Below, in pieces: positions 47,394 to 58,084 of a DNA stretch of 64,000 bases. A program made the position numbers and the translations under genes. How positions within the stretch are numbered: the first letter of the stretch is position 1; each line of letters starts with the position of its first letter. Source of the stretch: Candidatus Tayloriibacteriota bacterium (GTDB lineage: Bacteria; Patescibacteriota; Minisyncoccia; Phycocordibacterales; PALSA-1337). The stretch lies in the NCBI GenBank assembly GCA_052034805.1, contig JBPOID010000001.1:28184-92183 (forward strand), written 5' to 3'. The notes under the pieces are model-generated. The model was not told the origin of the DNA, did no database searches, and was given only the letters and a program-made list of their open reading frames with translations.

Positions 47394-48041
47394 CTAGCGT
47401 ATATTGGCGTTTTTGGCAATATCTTTGCCTATAACTTTGTCTATACTCTTTATAAAGGTCAATCTATGTATATCCGTAAGGCCTTTTCTATGTATAGCTT
47501 CATAATGTGCCTTCGTTCCGTACCCCTTATGAGATTCGAAGCCGTATTCCATATATTGCTCGCCATATTCTCTCATTTTCCTATCGCGAAGTACCTTGGC
47601 ACATATAGATGCTAGAGCTATTATATCCTCCTTTTCATCGCCTTTTATTATGGTTTCTTGATCTCTGTATTCGATAGGGGCATGTAGACCACCATCAAGC
47701 AATATTCTCGCAGAATCTTTATCTATATTTAATTTTTCTAAAGCTCTATTCAAAGCAGTTTTTATAGCAAAAGAAATACCCTTTTCATCTATAACTTTTT
47801 CACTTTGGAATACAACAGCGAAATCTATTATTCTATCTTCAATATTCTTTAATCCTTTATTTCTAATTTCTTCTATTTTATTAAACCATTCTTCTCTTTT
47901 CTTTTCAGATAATTGTTTTGATTCCTTTACCCCCGCGAAATGTCTATAAGCCTCAGGTTTCAAAAATACAAAAGCCCCAACCGCAACGGGTCCAGCTATA
48001 GGTCCACGACCGACTTCATCTATACCGATAATATATTTCAT
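47394..48041 (-). CDS. rnhB: Ribonuclease HII (start at MKYIIGIDEVGRG)
   Basis: IGIDEVGRGPIAGPVAVGA catalytic DE motif. The track start overlaps dnaE; the internal Met was chosen. Confidence 0.85.
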   Translation of the reverse strand: MKYIIGIDEVGRGPIAGPVAVGAFVFLKPEAYRHFAGVKESKQLSEKKREEWFNKIEEIRNKGLKNIEDRIIDFAVVFQSEKVIDEKGISFAIKTALNRALEKLNIDKDSARILLDGGLHAPIEYRDQETIIKGDEKEDIIALASICAKVLRDRKMREYGEQYMEYGFESHKGYGTKAHYEAIHRKGLTDIHRLTFIKSIDKVIGKDIAKNANIR

Positions 48042-48074
48042 ACATAAAGTATAACATTTTGCTATAATACAATT

Positions 48075-51000
48075 ATGTCCCGATTTATCCATTTACACAC
48101 CCACAGTCATTATTCACTACTAAATGCTTTACCTAAAATAGATGATTTGATAGGAGAAGCAAAGAAAAATGGAATGCCTGCTTTAGCATTAACCGATGCC
48201 GGGAATCTATACGGAGCTATAGAATTCTATAAAACCTGCAAAAAGAAAGAAATAAAACCAATAATCGGTGTAGACTTTTATGTTGCTACGAGAAATAGAA
48301 AGGATATGCAAGCCGGTATAGATAATAGAAGAAATAGACTGGTTTTGCTTGCAAAAGATTATAATGGTTTTAAAAATCTAATAAAACTTGTAACGGATTC
48401 ATATCTAGAAGGATTTTATTATAAACCTCGTATAGATCGTGAACTTATAGAAAAATACAAAGATAATCTCGTATGCATATCACCTTCTTTCTCTGGTGAT
48501 ATAGCCCAAGCCATAAGAGCAAAGAATTATGATAAAGCAAAAGAATTAATATCATATTATAAAAATATATATGGCAATGAAAATTTCTTCATAGAAATAA
48601 CACGACATAATGAAATACAAGGTCATGAAGAAAATATGAAAGAGCTCATAAAGACAGCCCGCGAAACAAATACACAAATAGTGGGAGCTCATGATGTTTA
48701 CTATATTCATACCGAAGATCGAGAAGCTAGGAATACACTGATGCTTGTAAATACATCCCAAGACATAAGCGATAGGAATATAAGCGATGATGAAGAAGAT
48801 TTTTCATTTATTTCGAGTGAAAGAGCAGAAGAACTTTTCAAAGATATACCAGAAGCATTAGATAATACAAAAAAGATTGCAGAAATGTGTAATCTAGAAA
48901 TAACATTAGGAAAATGGTATTTCCCTAATTTCATAGTAGAGAATGGACTTTCTTATGATGATGAATTAAAGAGATTAGCTTATGAAGGAATAGATAAAAG
49001 AAAAATAGAAAGAACAGATGAAGCCATAAAACGTATTGAATATGAATTAAAAGTTATAAAAGATAAAGGATATGCTCAATATTTCTTGGTGGTATATGAT
49101 TTGCTTCATTATGCGCATGAAAATGGAATATTGACCAATATAAGAGGTTCTGTGGCGGGTTCATTGGTTACATATCTTACCGGTATTACAAATGTAGATC
49201 CATTGGAATACAAATTACCATTCGAAAGATTTCTAAATCCAGAAAGACCAAGTGCCCCAGATATAGATATGGACTTTGCAGATAATAGAAGAGATGAGGT
49301 TATAGAATATACAAGGAAAAAATATGGCCATGATAAAGTAGCACAGATAGGTACATTCGGTACTATGATGGCACGTGGCGCGGTACGCGATGTGGCGCGG
49401 GCAATGGGTTATCCATATGAAGTCGGAGACAAAATATCAAAACTAATACCCATGGGAGCACAAGGTTTCCCCATGACTATAGATAGAGCATTAGCAGAAG
49501 TAAATGAATTAAAAGAATTATATGAAAAGGATATTGATGTAAAGAAAATTATAGAAATGGCAAAGAAAATAGAAGGATGTGCAAGACATATCTCCGTTCA
49601 TGCCGCGGGAGTTGTGATTTCACCAGATGCCTTAACCGAGCATGTACCACTTCAATACGATACAAAAGGTGAAAATAAAATAATCACTCAATACGATATG
49701 CATGCCGTAGGTGAAGACGGAGTAGGACTTCTAAAATTCGATTTTCTAGGTATAAGAAATCTTTCAATACTTGCCGATGCAGTAGAAAGAGTAAAGAAAA
49801 TAGAGAATAAAATAATAGATATAGAAAATATACCATTAGATAATAAAAAGACTTTCGAAATGCTTGCCCTAGGAGAAACTATTGGATTATTCCAACTCAA
49901 TGGTAGCGGTATGACGAAATTCCTAGTGGAATTAAAACCCACAACAGTACATGATATAAACGCTATGGTTGCCCTATATCGTCCAGGACCGCTAGAAATG
50001 ATCCCTACATATATAGAGAGAAAGCATGATCCAAAGAAAATAGAATATCTAGATCCTAGAATGAAAGATATAGTAGATAAATCTTATGGAGTTATAACAT
50101 ATCAAGATGATGTGATGATGATAGCTATAAAGCTTGCAGGATATACATGGCTTGAAGCAGATAAACTAAGAAAAGCCATGGGTAAGAAAATCCCAAAGGA
50201 AATGCAAGAACAAAAAGAAAAGCTTCTAACAGGCTTTATAAAACATGGTAAGGATTTCGGTATGACAAAGAGAAAAGCAGATCAATTATGGAAACTCATA
50301 GAACCATTTGCCGCTTATGGATTCAATAAAGCACATGCAGCAAGCTATGGTCGTGTAGCGTATCAAACAGCATATATGAAAGCCAATTTCCCTGCTATAT
50401 ATATGTCTTCTGTATTAAGCGCAGAAAGCGGTGATGTAGAGAAAATAGCAGAAATAATCGGAGAATGTAAGCGTATGAAAATACCCATATTACCTCCAGA
50501 TATAAATGAAAGTTTCAGTCAATTCACAGTTATAAAGGGTGAAGATAATATTATAGAAGATCGTATTCGTTTTGGACTTATAACAATAAAGAATTTCGGT
50601 CAGGGCATAGCTACAGCGATAATATCCGAAAGAAGAAAGAATGGTAAATTCAAAAATCTTTCAGATTTCCTAGATAGAGTAAAAGATAAAAATTTAAATA
50701 AAAAATCCCTAGAAGCACTCATAAAATCAGGTGCCATGGATAGTCTGAACATAGATAGAGGAATATTATTAGGAAATATAGAAACAATACTTGAATATAA
50801 TAAAGAAAAAGGTAAACAAAGTGATAATCAAGATTCATTATTTGGATTAATGTCAGATCAAAGTACAGTACCAACACTTAGATTAAGAGATGATATACCA
50901 AAGGCAAGTTTGCAAGATAGATTAAGCTGGGAAAAAGAATTACTAGGATTATACATTTCTGGTCATCCACTTGATCCATATAGAGAAATAATACAAAAAA

Positions 51001-51287
51001 GAGATATAGATATAAAAAAGGCCTTAGAAAATAAAAAAGAAGGAGAAAGTGTAGTTATAGCAATGATAATAGATGAAATACGTACCACTCAAACGAAAAA
51101 TAATGAAACCATGGCATTTCTAAAAGTCTCAGATTTCACCGGCTCCGCTCCAGCTGTAATTTTCCCAAAAGCATATAGAGAATTCCGTTCTCTCATAGAA
51201 CCAGATTCATGCATAGCAGTAAAATGCACAATATACATAAGAAATGGTGAAAAAGGTTTTGTCTTTGAAAGAGCAAGGAAACTATAG
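48075..51287 (+). CDS. dnaE: DNA polymerase III alpha subunit
   Basis: PHP domain HLHTHSHYSLL, polymerase core (PDIDMDFA...), OB fold, 1070 aa. Confidence 0.9.
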   Translation: MSRFIHLHTHSHYSLLNALPKIDDLIGEAKKNGMPALALTDAGNLYGAIEFYKTCKKKEIKPIIGVDFYVATRNRKDMQAGIDNRRNRLVLLAKDYNGFKNLIKLVTDSYLEGFYYKPRIDRELIEKYKDNLVCISPSFSGDIAQAIRAKNYDKAKELISYYKNIYGNENFFIEITRHNEIQGHEENMKELIKTARETNTQIVGAHDVYYIHTEDREARNTLMLVNTSQDISDRNISDDEEDFSFISSERAEELFKDIPEALDNTKKIAEMCNLEITLGKWYFPNFIVENGLSYDDELKRLAYEGIDKRKIERTDEAIKRIEYELKVIKDKGYAQYFLVVYDLLHYAHENGILTNIRGSVAGSLVTYLTGITNVDPLEYKLPFERFLNPERPSAPDIDMDFADNRRDEVIEYTRKKYGHDKVAQIGTFGTMMARGAVRDVARAMGYPYEVGDKISKLIPMGAQGFPMTIDRALAEVNELKELYEKDIDVKKIIEMAKKIEGCARHISVHAAGVVISPDALTEHVPLQYDTKGENKIITQYDMHAVGEDGVGLLKFDFLGIRNLSILADAVERVKKIENKIIDIENIPLDNKKTFEMLALGETIGLFQLNGSGMTKFLVELKPTTVHDINAMVALYRPGPLEMIPTYIERKHDPKKIEYLDPRMKDIVDKSYGVITYQDDVMMIAIKLAGYTWLEADKLRKAMGKKIPKEMQEQKEKLLTGFIKHGKDFGMTKRKADQLWKLIEPFAAYGFNKAHAASYGRVAYQTAYMKANFPAIYMSSVLSAESGDVEKIAEIIGECKRMKIPILPPDINESFSQFTVIKGEDNIIEDRIRFGLITIKNFGQGIATAIISERRKNGKFKNLSDFLDRVKDKNLNKKSLEALIKSGAMDSLNIDRGILLGNIETILEYNKEKGKQSDNQDSLFGLMSDQSTVPTLRLRDDIPKASLQDRLSWEKELLGLYISGHPLDPYREIIQKRDIDIKKALENKKEGESVVIAMIIDEIRTTQTKNNETMAFLKVSDFTGSAPAVIFPKAYREFRSLIEPDSCIAVKCTIYIRNGEKGFVFERARKL

Positions 51288-51299
51288 TATTATTACGCT

Positions 51300-53057
51300 A
51301 TGAATAAAGAAAATAATTTAGAACATATACGCCATACTCTAGCTCATTTATTAGCAAGTGCAGTATTAGAACTATATCCAAATACAAAAAACACCATAGG
51401 ACCGGCTATAGATAACGGCTTTTATTATGATTTTGAATTCCCTAACGATATAAAATTATCTGATAAAGACCTAAAAGACATAGAGAAGAAAATGAAAAAG
51501 AGTCTTAATTCATGGAAAGAATTTACTCATAAAGAATTAAATGAAAAAGAAGCCAAAGCTCATTTCAAAGATAATCCTTATAAAATAGAACTTATAGATG
51601 AAATAATAAAAAAGGGAGAAAAAATAACCCTTTATACTTGTGGAGGATTCACAGATCTTTGTCGTGGAGGACATTCCGAAAATCCAAATAAAGAAATAAA
51701 TCCAGATAGTTTCAAATTATCCCATATAGCAGGAGCATATTGGCGTGGAGATGAGAAAAACAAAATGTTAACTCGTATATACGGACTAGCTTTCGAAACA
51801 AAAGAAAGATTAGATGAATACGAAACTAAAATAGAAGAAAATAAAAAACGTGATCATAAGAAATTAGGTAAAGAACTAGACTTATTCTTGATAGATGAAG
51901 AAGTCGGTAAAGGATTACCAATGTGGACACCAAAAGGTACAATTATTAAATTCGCCTTAGAACAATTCACAAGAGATCTAGAAAGAAAATATGGTTATGA
52001 TCATGTTTCAACACCATATCTTGGAAGTGAAAGACTATATGAAAAATCCGGACACCTAGAGCATTACAAGAAAAACATGTATGCACCTATAGATATGGAT
52101 GGTGATATATTCTATCTTAGACCAATGGCTTGTCCACATCATATAAGAATGTTACTTAGAAAACCATTGAGCTATAGAGATCTTCCGGTACGTTATGCTG
52201 AAATTGCTGATTATAATCGTTATGAAAAATCAGGTGAACTTATGGGAATGATACGTCTGAGAAAATTCCAACTCACAGATGCTCACATATTCGTAACACC
52301 CGAAGGATTAAAAGAAGAATTCAAAAATGTATGTCGTCTAATACAAGAAGGAATGATAGGTTTGGGATTGAATAATTCAGTTACTTATCGTTTTTCTAAA
52401 CGTGATGAAAATAATAAAGAAAAATACTATCCAGATGATACATTATGGGAAAAGGCAGAAAGTGTAATGAAAGAAGCATTGGATGAAATAGGGTTAAAAT
52501 ATACAGAAGCAAAAGATGAAGCAGCTTTCTATGGACCAAAGTTAGATGTGCAAGCCTCAAATGTTAATGGTAAAGAAGATACTTTATTTACAGCGCAAAT
52601 AGATTTTCTTTTACCAGAAAAATTCAATATAAATTATATGGCAGAAGATGGAACAAAAAAGCGTGTAGTGATGATACATCGTTCAGCCATAGGTGCATTA
52701 GAAAGAACTTTTGCATTCCTCATAGAACATTATGGTGGTAATTTCCCTCTTTGGCTTTCTCCAATACAAGTAAAAGTAATACCAGTATCAGAATCTCATC
52801 ATGAAAAAGCCGATGAAATATACGAGAAATTAAAAGAAAATATGATAAGAGCTGAAATAGATTTATCGAAAGATAGTTTCGGCAAGAAAATTCGTGAAGC
52901 AAAGGTAATGCGTATTCCTTATTTTATAATCATAGGAGACAAAGATATGGAAATAGGAAAAGTAACTCTAGAAAGTCGTGATAATGGCCAAATAGGTCAA
53001 ATGAAAGCAGAAGAAGTAGTGGAAAAAATAGTAAAAGAAATAAAAGAAAGAAAATAG
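51300..53057 (+). CDS. thrS: Threonyl-tRNA synthetase (no N-terminal TGS domain)
   Basis: Editing-domain-like HIRHTLAHLLASAV, class II core (RLRKFQLTDAHIF, motif 3), C-terminal anticodon-binding domain. Confidence 0.85.
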   Translation: MNKENNLEHIRHTLAHLLASAVLELYPNTKNTIGPAIDNGFYYDFEFPNDIKLSDKDLKDIEKKMKKSLNSWKEFTHKELNEKEAKAHFKDNPYKIELIDEIIKKGEKITLYTCGGFTDLCRGGHSENPNKEINPDSFKLSHIAGAYWRGDEKNKMLTRIYGLAFETKERLDEYETKIEENKKRDHKKLGKELDLFLIDEEVGKGLPMWTPKGTIIKFALEQFTRDLERKYGYDHVSTPYLGSERLYEKSGHLEHYKKNMYAPIDMDGDIFYLRPMACPHHIRMLLRKPLSYRDLPVRYAEIADYNRYEKSGELMGMIRLRKFQLTDAHIFVTPEGLKEEFKNVCRLIQEGMIGLGLNNSVTYRFSKRDENNKEKYYPDDTLWEKAESVMKEALDEIGLKYTEAKDEAAFYGPKLDVQASNVNGKEDTLFTAQIDFLLPEKFNINYMAEDGTKKRVVMIHRSAIGALERTFAFLIEHYGGNFPLWLSPIQVKVIPVSESHHEKADEIYEKLKENMIRAEIDLSKDSFGKKIREAKVMRIPYFIIIGDKDMEIGKVTLESRDNGQIGQMKAEEVVEKIVKEIKERK

Positions 53058-53156
53058 TAAAAAATAGGAAATAAAAATAATGTATACATAAGATAAAAGC
53101 CCTATTTCTAGGGCTTTTATCTTTAGAATTATATTTGGAGCGAACACCCGCCTTTA

Positions 53157-54575
53157 TTACATTTTCTTCTTATTCATAAGAAGATAAATAACAGTACCGA
53201 ACAATATCAGTATTACTATTATTGCTATCCATCCCCAAGGTACTCCCTTTAGGGATAATAGTGTAGCAGCAGATAAATCAGAATTATTTGAATTTGAATT
53301 ATTTGCTAAATTATTATTCTTATTATTTGAAGCAACATTTGAATTTGTTTTCTTTGAAGCTATACCAGAACTTATATATACAGTATTTTCACAATTTCTT
53401 GATTTACTTATACCGTTTTGAGATGTTACTGTAACTATTGCGCTCTTTGTACCAGTATTAGAATATGAAGTTACAAGAGAACTACCATTGCCTGATATTC
53501 CATCTGTACCTGACCAAGAATATGAATAATTCTGTCCTAGAGGAGCAACTTCAACTGTCCAAGTAACTGGAGTATTAACATTTGCTGATACTCTTCCTGC
53601 TGAACAAGCTATTTGCATATCATTAGGATTAGTATTATATGCATAATTATTATTGTAATAATATCCTACAGTATTACCTGTAACGTTTACAGATGAACAT
53701 TGTACATTTATTTGATAACCATTTGAATTAACATAAACAGAAGCTGATTTTAATCCTGGATTACCATAATACATATTTATAGAACTATCTGTACCAGAAA
53801 GTCCATCTGTACCTGACCAAGAATATGAATAATATCCATTTCCTCCAGAGGCAAATACTCTCCATGTTATTGTAGAACCTGTATTTGCATAAGTTATATT
53901 TGGACTACATGTAGCATATAACTGATTATTGCTGTAATAATTATTGTTGTAATTATTATAATAATTATTTACATTAACGGAGTTATTACAATTAGCAGAA
54001 GCTGTATAACCTCCCGAACTTACAGTAACACTAGCAGTCTTTGTACCAGAATAACCATAAGTTCTAGATATACTTGAACTGTATCCAGAAAGTGAATCTG
54101 TACCATACCAATTATAATTGTATGATCCATTTCCACCTGATACATTTGCTATCCATGTTGTACTATCTCCTACATTTATATTTGTATTTGTAGTATAACA
54201 ACTTACTGATAAATTATTATAATTATTGTTGTAATTATTATTATAATAGATTCCATTATCTGGAACATATATACCGCGAGGTACATAAGCTACTCTATTA
54301 TCATAATTATTATTATAATGAGATGTATATAATCCAGGAGTATTGTTTACAACTGTATTACTTGTATTGTTATTATTGTTATTACTATTTGTATTAGTAA
54401 TATTTTGAACTGTAGGTTGTGAATCAGAATCGTCATCACAACTAAATAGACAAAATGGATCTATAGGATTTAGAGGGTTAAAGGTAATAGCATTAGCCTT
54501 TATTGGGGCAAATACTATACTTGCGACGAATATAAATGTCGCAAAAAGACTTAATTTAAGTATATTTTGATTCAT
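53157..54575 (-). CDS. Cell-surface protein with an Asn/Tyr/Ser-rich region and three ~75-aa Cys-bounded tandem repeats, plus a C-terminal TM anchor
   Basis: Signal peptide; repeats carrying ...GGNGSYNYNWYGTDSLSG / YSYSWSGTDGLSG / YSYSWSGTDGISG; C-terminal WIAIIVILILFGTVIYLLMNKKKM. Confidence 0.6.
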   Translation of the reverse strand: MNQNILKLSLFATFIFVASIVFAPIKANAITFNPLNPIDPFCLFSCDDDSDSQPTVQNITNTNSNNNNNNTSNTVVNNTPGLYTSHYNNNYDNRVAYVPRGIYVPDNGIYYNNNYNNNYNNLSVSCYTTNTNINVGDSTTWIANVSGGNGSYNYNWYGTDSLSGYSSSISRTYGYSGTKTASVTVSSGGYTASANCNNSVNVNNYYNNYNNNYYSNNQLYATCSPNITYANTGSTITWRVFASGGNGYYSYSWSGTDGLSGTDSSINMYYGNPGLKSASVYVNSNGYQINVQCSSVNVTGNTVGYYYNNNYAYNTNPNDMQIACSAGRVSANVNTPVTWTVEVAPLGQNYSYSWSGTDGISGNGSSLVTSYSNTGTKSAIVTVTSQNGISKSRNCENTVYISSGIASKKTNSNVASNNKNNNLANNSNSNNSDLSAATLLSLKGVPWGWIAIIVILILFGTVIYLLMNKKKM

Positions 54576-54630
54576 ATATTAGGTATTTAGTTATTATTTA
54601 ACTAACACGCACATTGTATACTATTTGAGA

Positions 54631-56739
54631 TTAAATGTCAATAGTTGCCTTTTTTGCATTACTTTGTATGAACATTTTCCTAGAAGGTACATCTGTACCC
54701 ATAAGCATATCAAAGACTTTATCTGCATCCTGAGCATCATCTATACTTACTTTTTTCAATATTCTATTCTCAGGATCCATAGTTGTTTCCCAGAGCTCAT
54801 CAGCATTCATTTCTCCAAGACCCTTGTAACGTTGTATATGTATTTTGCTTTTCTTGTTTTTTGTATCTTCTTCTATTTCTTCCTCTGCTTCTGCTCTTTC
54901 TAATAATTCTTCTCTCTGATCTTCATTTTCATCTATTTCATTTATTTCATCTATTTCTTTTCCTAAAGCTTTTACTTTTTCTTCTTCTGAATAGAAATAC
55001 ATTATCTCTTTACCCTTTTTCACTTTGTATAGAGGTGGTTGAGCTATATATACATATCCACCTTCTATAAGAGGTTTGAAATATCTATAAAGTAAAGTGA
55101 GTATAAGTGTTCTTATGTGAGCACCGTCAACATCTGCATCTGTAGCGAGTATTATTTTGTGATAACGAAGTTTTGAAATATCAAATGTATCACCAATAGC
55201 AGTACCGAATGCTAATACTAGATTCTTTATTTGTTCAGAACCTAACATACGATCTAGACGAGCTCTTTCTATATTCAAAATCTTTCCTCTAAGTGGAAGT
55301 ATAGCTTGAATACGACGATCACGTCCTGTCTTTGCGGTACCACCAGCAGAATCTCCCTCCACAATAAAGATTTCGGATTCCGAAGCATCATGACTTTGGC
55401 AATCAGCGAGTTTGCCAGGTAAAGTCATACCTTCTAAAGCGCCTTTTCTCAATACACTGTCCTTTGCAGCCTTTGCAGCTTTGCGAGCTTTCATGGCCAA
55501 AACAACTTTTGTTACTATTGCTCTTGCGTCTTCTGGATTCTCTTCTAGGAAAGCACTGAAGGATTCACCAAATACAGAAGCCACTGCACCTTGTGCTTCT
55601 ACTGAACCTAGTTTTGCCTTGGTCTGACCTTCGAATTGTATTTCGCGTAATTTTACGGATACAACTGCTGTTAAGCCTTCCATAACGTCATCACCTGTGA
55701 AATTATCTTCACCTCCCTCTTTCGCTAGATTATTATTTTTCGCATAGGTGTTAAGAGTACGAGTAAGAGCTGTCTTGAATCCGGTAAGATGGGTACCACC
55801 TTCAGGATTAAATATGGTATTTGCAAAAGCTAGAACGCGCGCGGAGATGTCATCCGCGTATTGCAAAGCTATTTCTACTGATTCTACTCCGTCTGTTTTC
55901 TTTTCTATATAGAAAATATTCTTATGAATAGGCTTTAACATTTGATTTGTAAACTTTACAAGAGAAGAAAGTCCACCTTCAAAATAGAAAGTATTAGAAG
56001 AAACTTGTAAATTCAAATCTTTTAGATAAAAGACACTTTCATCTATTTCTAAAGCACCTTGTTTATCGAATTTTAATTCTTCACCAACATAGTCTCTAGC
56101 GTCTATAGTTGTTATTCTAAGGCCTTTTGTAAGATATGCTTGCTGGCGTAGATAATTCACTATTCTAGCAAAATCGAATTTAACTTCTTTGAAAATCTCT
56201 ATATCTGGTTCAAAAGTAACTATTGTTCCGCTTGATTTTGTATTAGCTATTTTCTTTACATTTGCCTTTTTCTTTCCTTGAGAATATTCCTGCATGTACA
56301 CACCACCGTCTTTATGAGATATAACTTGAGTATAGATAGACAAAGCATTCACCACAGACGCTCCCACACCATGTAGACCTCCAGAAACTCTATAACCAGT
56401 TTCTTCTCCACCGAACTTTCCTCCGGCATGTAGCACAGTCATGATAGTCTCTAGAGCAGAGACCTTTGTGGTTTTGTGTATATCAACTGGTATACCACGT
56501 CCATTATCTACTATTCTGACGCGATTATGAGGCAATAAAGCTACTTCTATATCATTTGCATAACCTCCCATGGCCTCATCTCTGGAATTATCGAAAATCT
56601 CATTTATAAGATGATGAAGTCCATCAGGACCAGTAGTACCTATATACATTCCAGGGCGACGACGTACCGGCTCTAGACCTTCTAGAACCTGTATCGAATC
56701 CGCACCATAATTGTCTTTTTCTTTCTTTTCTTTTGCCAT
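54631..56739 (-). CDS. gyrB: Type IIA topoisomerase subunit B (GyrB/ParE) with an acidic insertion
   Basis: GHKL ATPase (EIFDNSRDEA, GGLHGVG), Toprim (EGDSAGG), C-terminal QRYKGLGEMNADELWETTMDP. Confidence 0.85.
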   Translation of the reverse strand: MAKEKKEKDNYGADSIQVLEGLEPVRRRPGMYIGTTGPDGLHHLINEIFDNSRDEAMGGYANDIEVALLPHNRVRIVDNGRGIPVDIHKTTKVSALETIMTVLHAGGKFGGEETGYRVSGGLHGVGASVVNALSIYTQVISHKDGGVYMQEYSQGKKKANVKKIANTKSSGTIVTFEPDIEIFKEVKFDFARIVNYLRQQAYLTKGLRITTIDARDYVGEELKFDKQGALEIDESVFYLKDLNLQVSSNTFYFEGGLSSLVKFTNQMLKPIHKNIFYIEKKTDGVESVEIALQYADDISARVLAFANTIFNPEGGTHLTGFKTALTRTLNTYAKNNNLAKEGGEDNFTGDDVMEGLTAVVSVKLREIQFEGQTKAKLGSVEAQGAVASVFGESFSAFLEENPEDARAIVTKVVLAMKARKAAKAAKDSVLRKGALEGMTLPGKLADCQSHDASESEIFIVEGDSAGGTAKTGRDRRIQAILPLRGKILNIERARLDRMLGSEQIKNLVLAFGTAIGDTFDISKLRYHKIILATDADVDGAHIRTLILTLLYRYFKPLIEGGYVYIAQPPLYKVKKGKEIMYFYSEEEKVKALGKEIDEINEIDENEDQREELLERAEAEEEIEEDTKNKKSKIHIQRYKGLGEMNADELWETTMDPENRILKKVSIDDAQDADKVFDMLMGTDVPSRKMFIQSNAKKATIDI

Positions 56740-56776
56740 AATTTTGTAGATAAATTATAACAAATTATAGTGCAAT

Positions 56777-57973
56777 TTGCACCTTTACAAAAAGCATAAA
56801 ATCTTTACTTTTTTGCCATTTTTATCTACACTATGTGTTATGAAAAACTATATAATATCTCGCGATGAGGAAAAACTATTATTAGATAAATTCAATAAAA
56901 GAGAAGATATAGAAGCAAAGAGAATAAAGGGATATCTTGCTATGGCTGATTTATCTAGAACTCCAGGTGGACCATTAAACGATATAATGAAAAGAGTAAC
57001 AACTCTACCTTTACTCAAAGACTTTGATCATATAGATATACCAGAAGTTATACCTACAAGTATTCTATTTGATTTATTCAATTTTGCTCCAGATCATCCT
57101 GCTAGAAGTAAAAGTGATACTTATTATATAGATTCAAATAATGTTCTTAGAACTCATGATACTGTGATGTGGTATTACTATTTGAATCTTCCAGAAATAA
57201 AAGAAAAAATAGCTAAAAAGGAATCCTTCGGAGTTATGTGTTATGGAAAAGTATATAGAAAAGATGAAATAGATCGTCATCATATGAATATATTCCATCA
57301 AATGGGTGGGCTTTATCTAGTTCCTGATAGTGAAAAAACTCTTGTATTAGATGATTTGAAAAATGTATTATCCGAAATAGTACAAAGTGTATTCGGAAAG
57401 GATACCAAGTTTAGATTTAATCCAGATACATTCCCATATACAGATCCATCACTTGAGGTAGAAGTAAATATAAATGATCAATGGATAGAAATATTAGGCG
57501 GAGGAATGCCTAGAAAGACCGTATTAAAGGATTTCGGCATAGAAGGATATAATGGCTGGGCATTCGGATTCGGACTTGAGAGATTGGCTATAATCAGTAT
57601 GCAATTACCGGATATAAGACTTCTATGGTCAAAGGATCCTAGAGTAACAAAACAATTAAAAATCGGTAATAAATTCATAGAAGTAAGCAAATATCCCCCA
57701 GTAGTAAGAGATATATCATTTATTGTTAAAAATGATTTTATACCTAATGATTATTTCGATCTTGTACGCGAAACAGCGCCAAACCTAGTAGAAGAAGTTG
57801 AATTGATAGATAAATATGAAAATACAAATAAATTCGGTGAAGGAAAAATAAGCTATGCTTATCGCATAACATATAGATCATTGGATAAAACTCTAACAAA
57901 TGAAGAAGTTGATTCTATACACAAGAAAATAGAAGCTGAAACAATAAAATCTTTCGGAGCTGTTATACGCTAA
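56777..57973 (+). CDS. pheS: Single-chain phenylalanyl-tRNA synthetase: PheS-type catalytic core fused to a C-terminal FDX-ACB anticodon-binding domain
   Basis: Class II motifs FRFNPDTFPYTDPSLEV, GWAFGFGLERLAI. C-terminal ~90 aa ferredoxin-fold domain (FIVKNDF...ISYAYRITYRS...). Confidence 0.7.
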   Translation: MHLYKKHKIFTFLPFLSTLCVMKNYIISRDEEKLLLDKFNKREDIEAKRIKGYLAMADLSRTPGGPLNDIMKRVTTLPLLKDFDHIDIPEVIPTSILFDLFNFAPDHPARSKSDTYYIDSNNVLRTHDTVMWYYYLNLPEIKEKIAKKESFGVMCYGKVYRKDEIDRHHMNIFHQMGGLYLVPDSEKTLVLDDLKNVLSEIVQSVFGKDTKFRFNPDTFPYTDPSLEVEVNINDQWIEILGGGMPRKTVLKDFGIEGYNGWAFGFGLERLAIISMQLPDIRLLWSKDPRVTKQLKIGNKFIEVSKYPPVVRDISFIVKNDFIPNDYFDLVRETAPNLVEEVELIDKYENTNKFGEGKISYAYRITYRSLDKTLTNEEVDSIHKKIEAETIKSFGAVIR

Positions 57974-57986
57974 CCTATCTCGTTAC

Positions 57987-58062
57987 TGGAGCCACCTCCC
58001 AGACTTGAACTGGGGACCTTCGCTTTACAAAAGCGTTGCTCTACCAACTGAGCTAAGGTGGC
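57987..58062 (-). tRNA. tRNA-Thr (anticodon UGU), CCA encoded
   Basis: Hand-folded cloverleaf: 7-bp acceptor GCCACCT/AGGTGGC, D-arm GCTC/GAGC, anticodon loop TTTGTAA, T-arm CCCAG/CTGGG with TTCAAGT loop, 3' CCA. Confidence 0.85.
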
Positions 58063-58084
58063 AATATTCGGAAATACTAATATT

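Noticed and set aside
53300-54400. Repetitive AAT/TAT-rich DNA as a tandem DNA repeat / minisatellite or CRISPR-like element
   Set aside because: It encodes an in-frame Asn/Tyr/Ser-rich surface protein with three protein-level repeats. The periodicity is at the amino-acid level.
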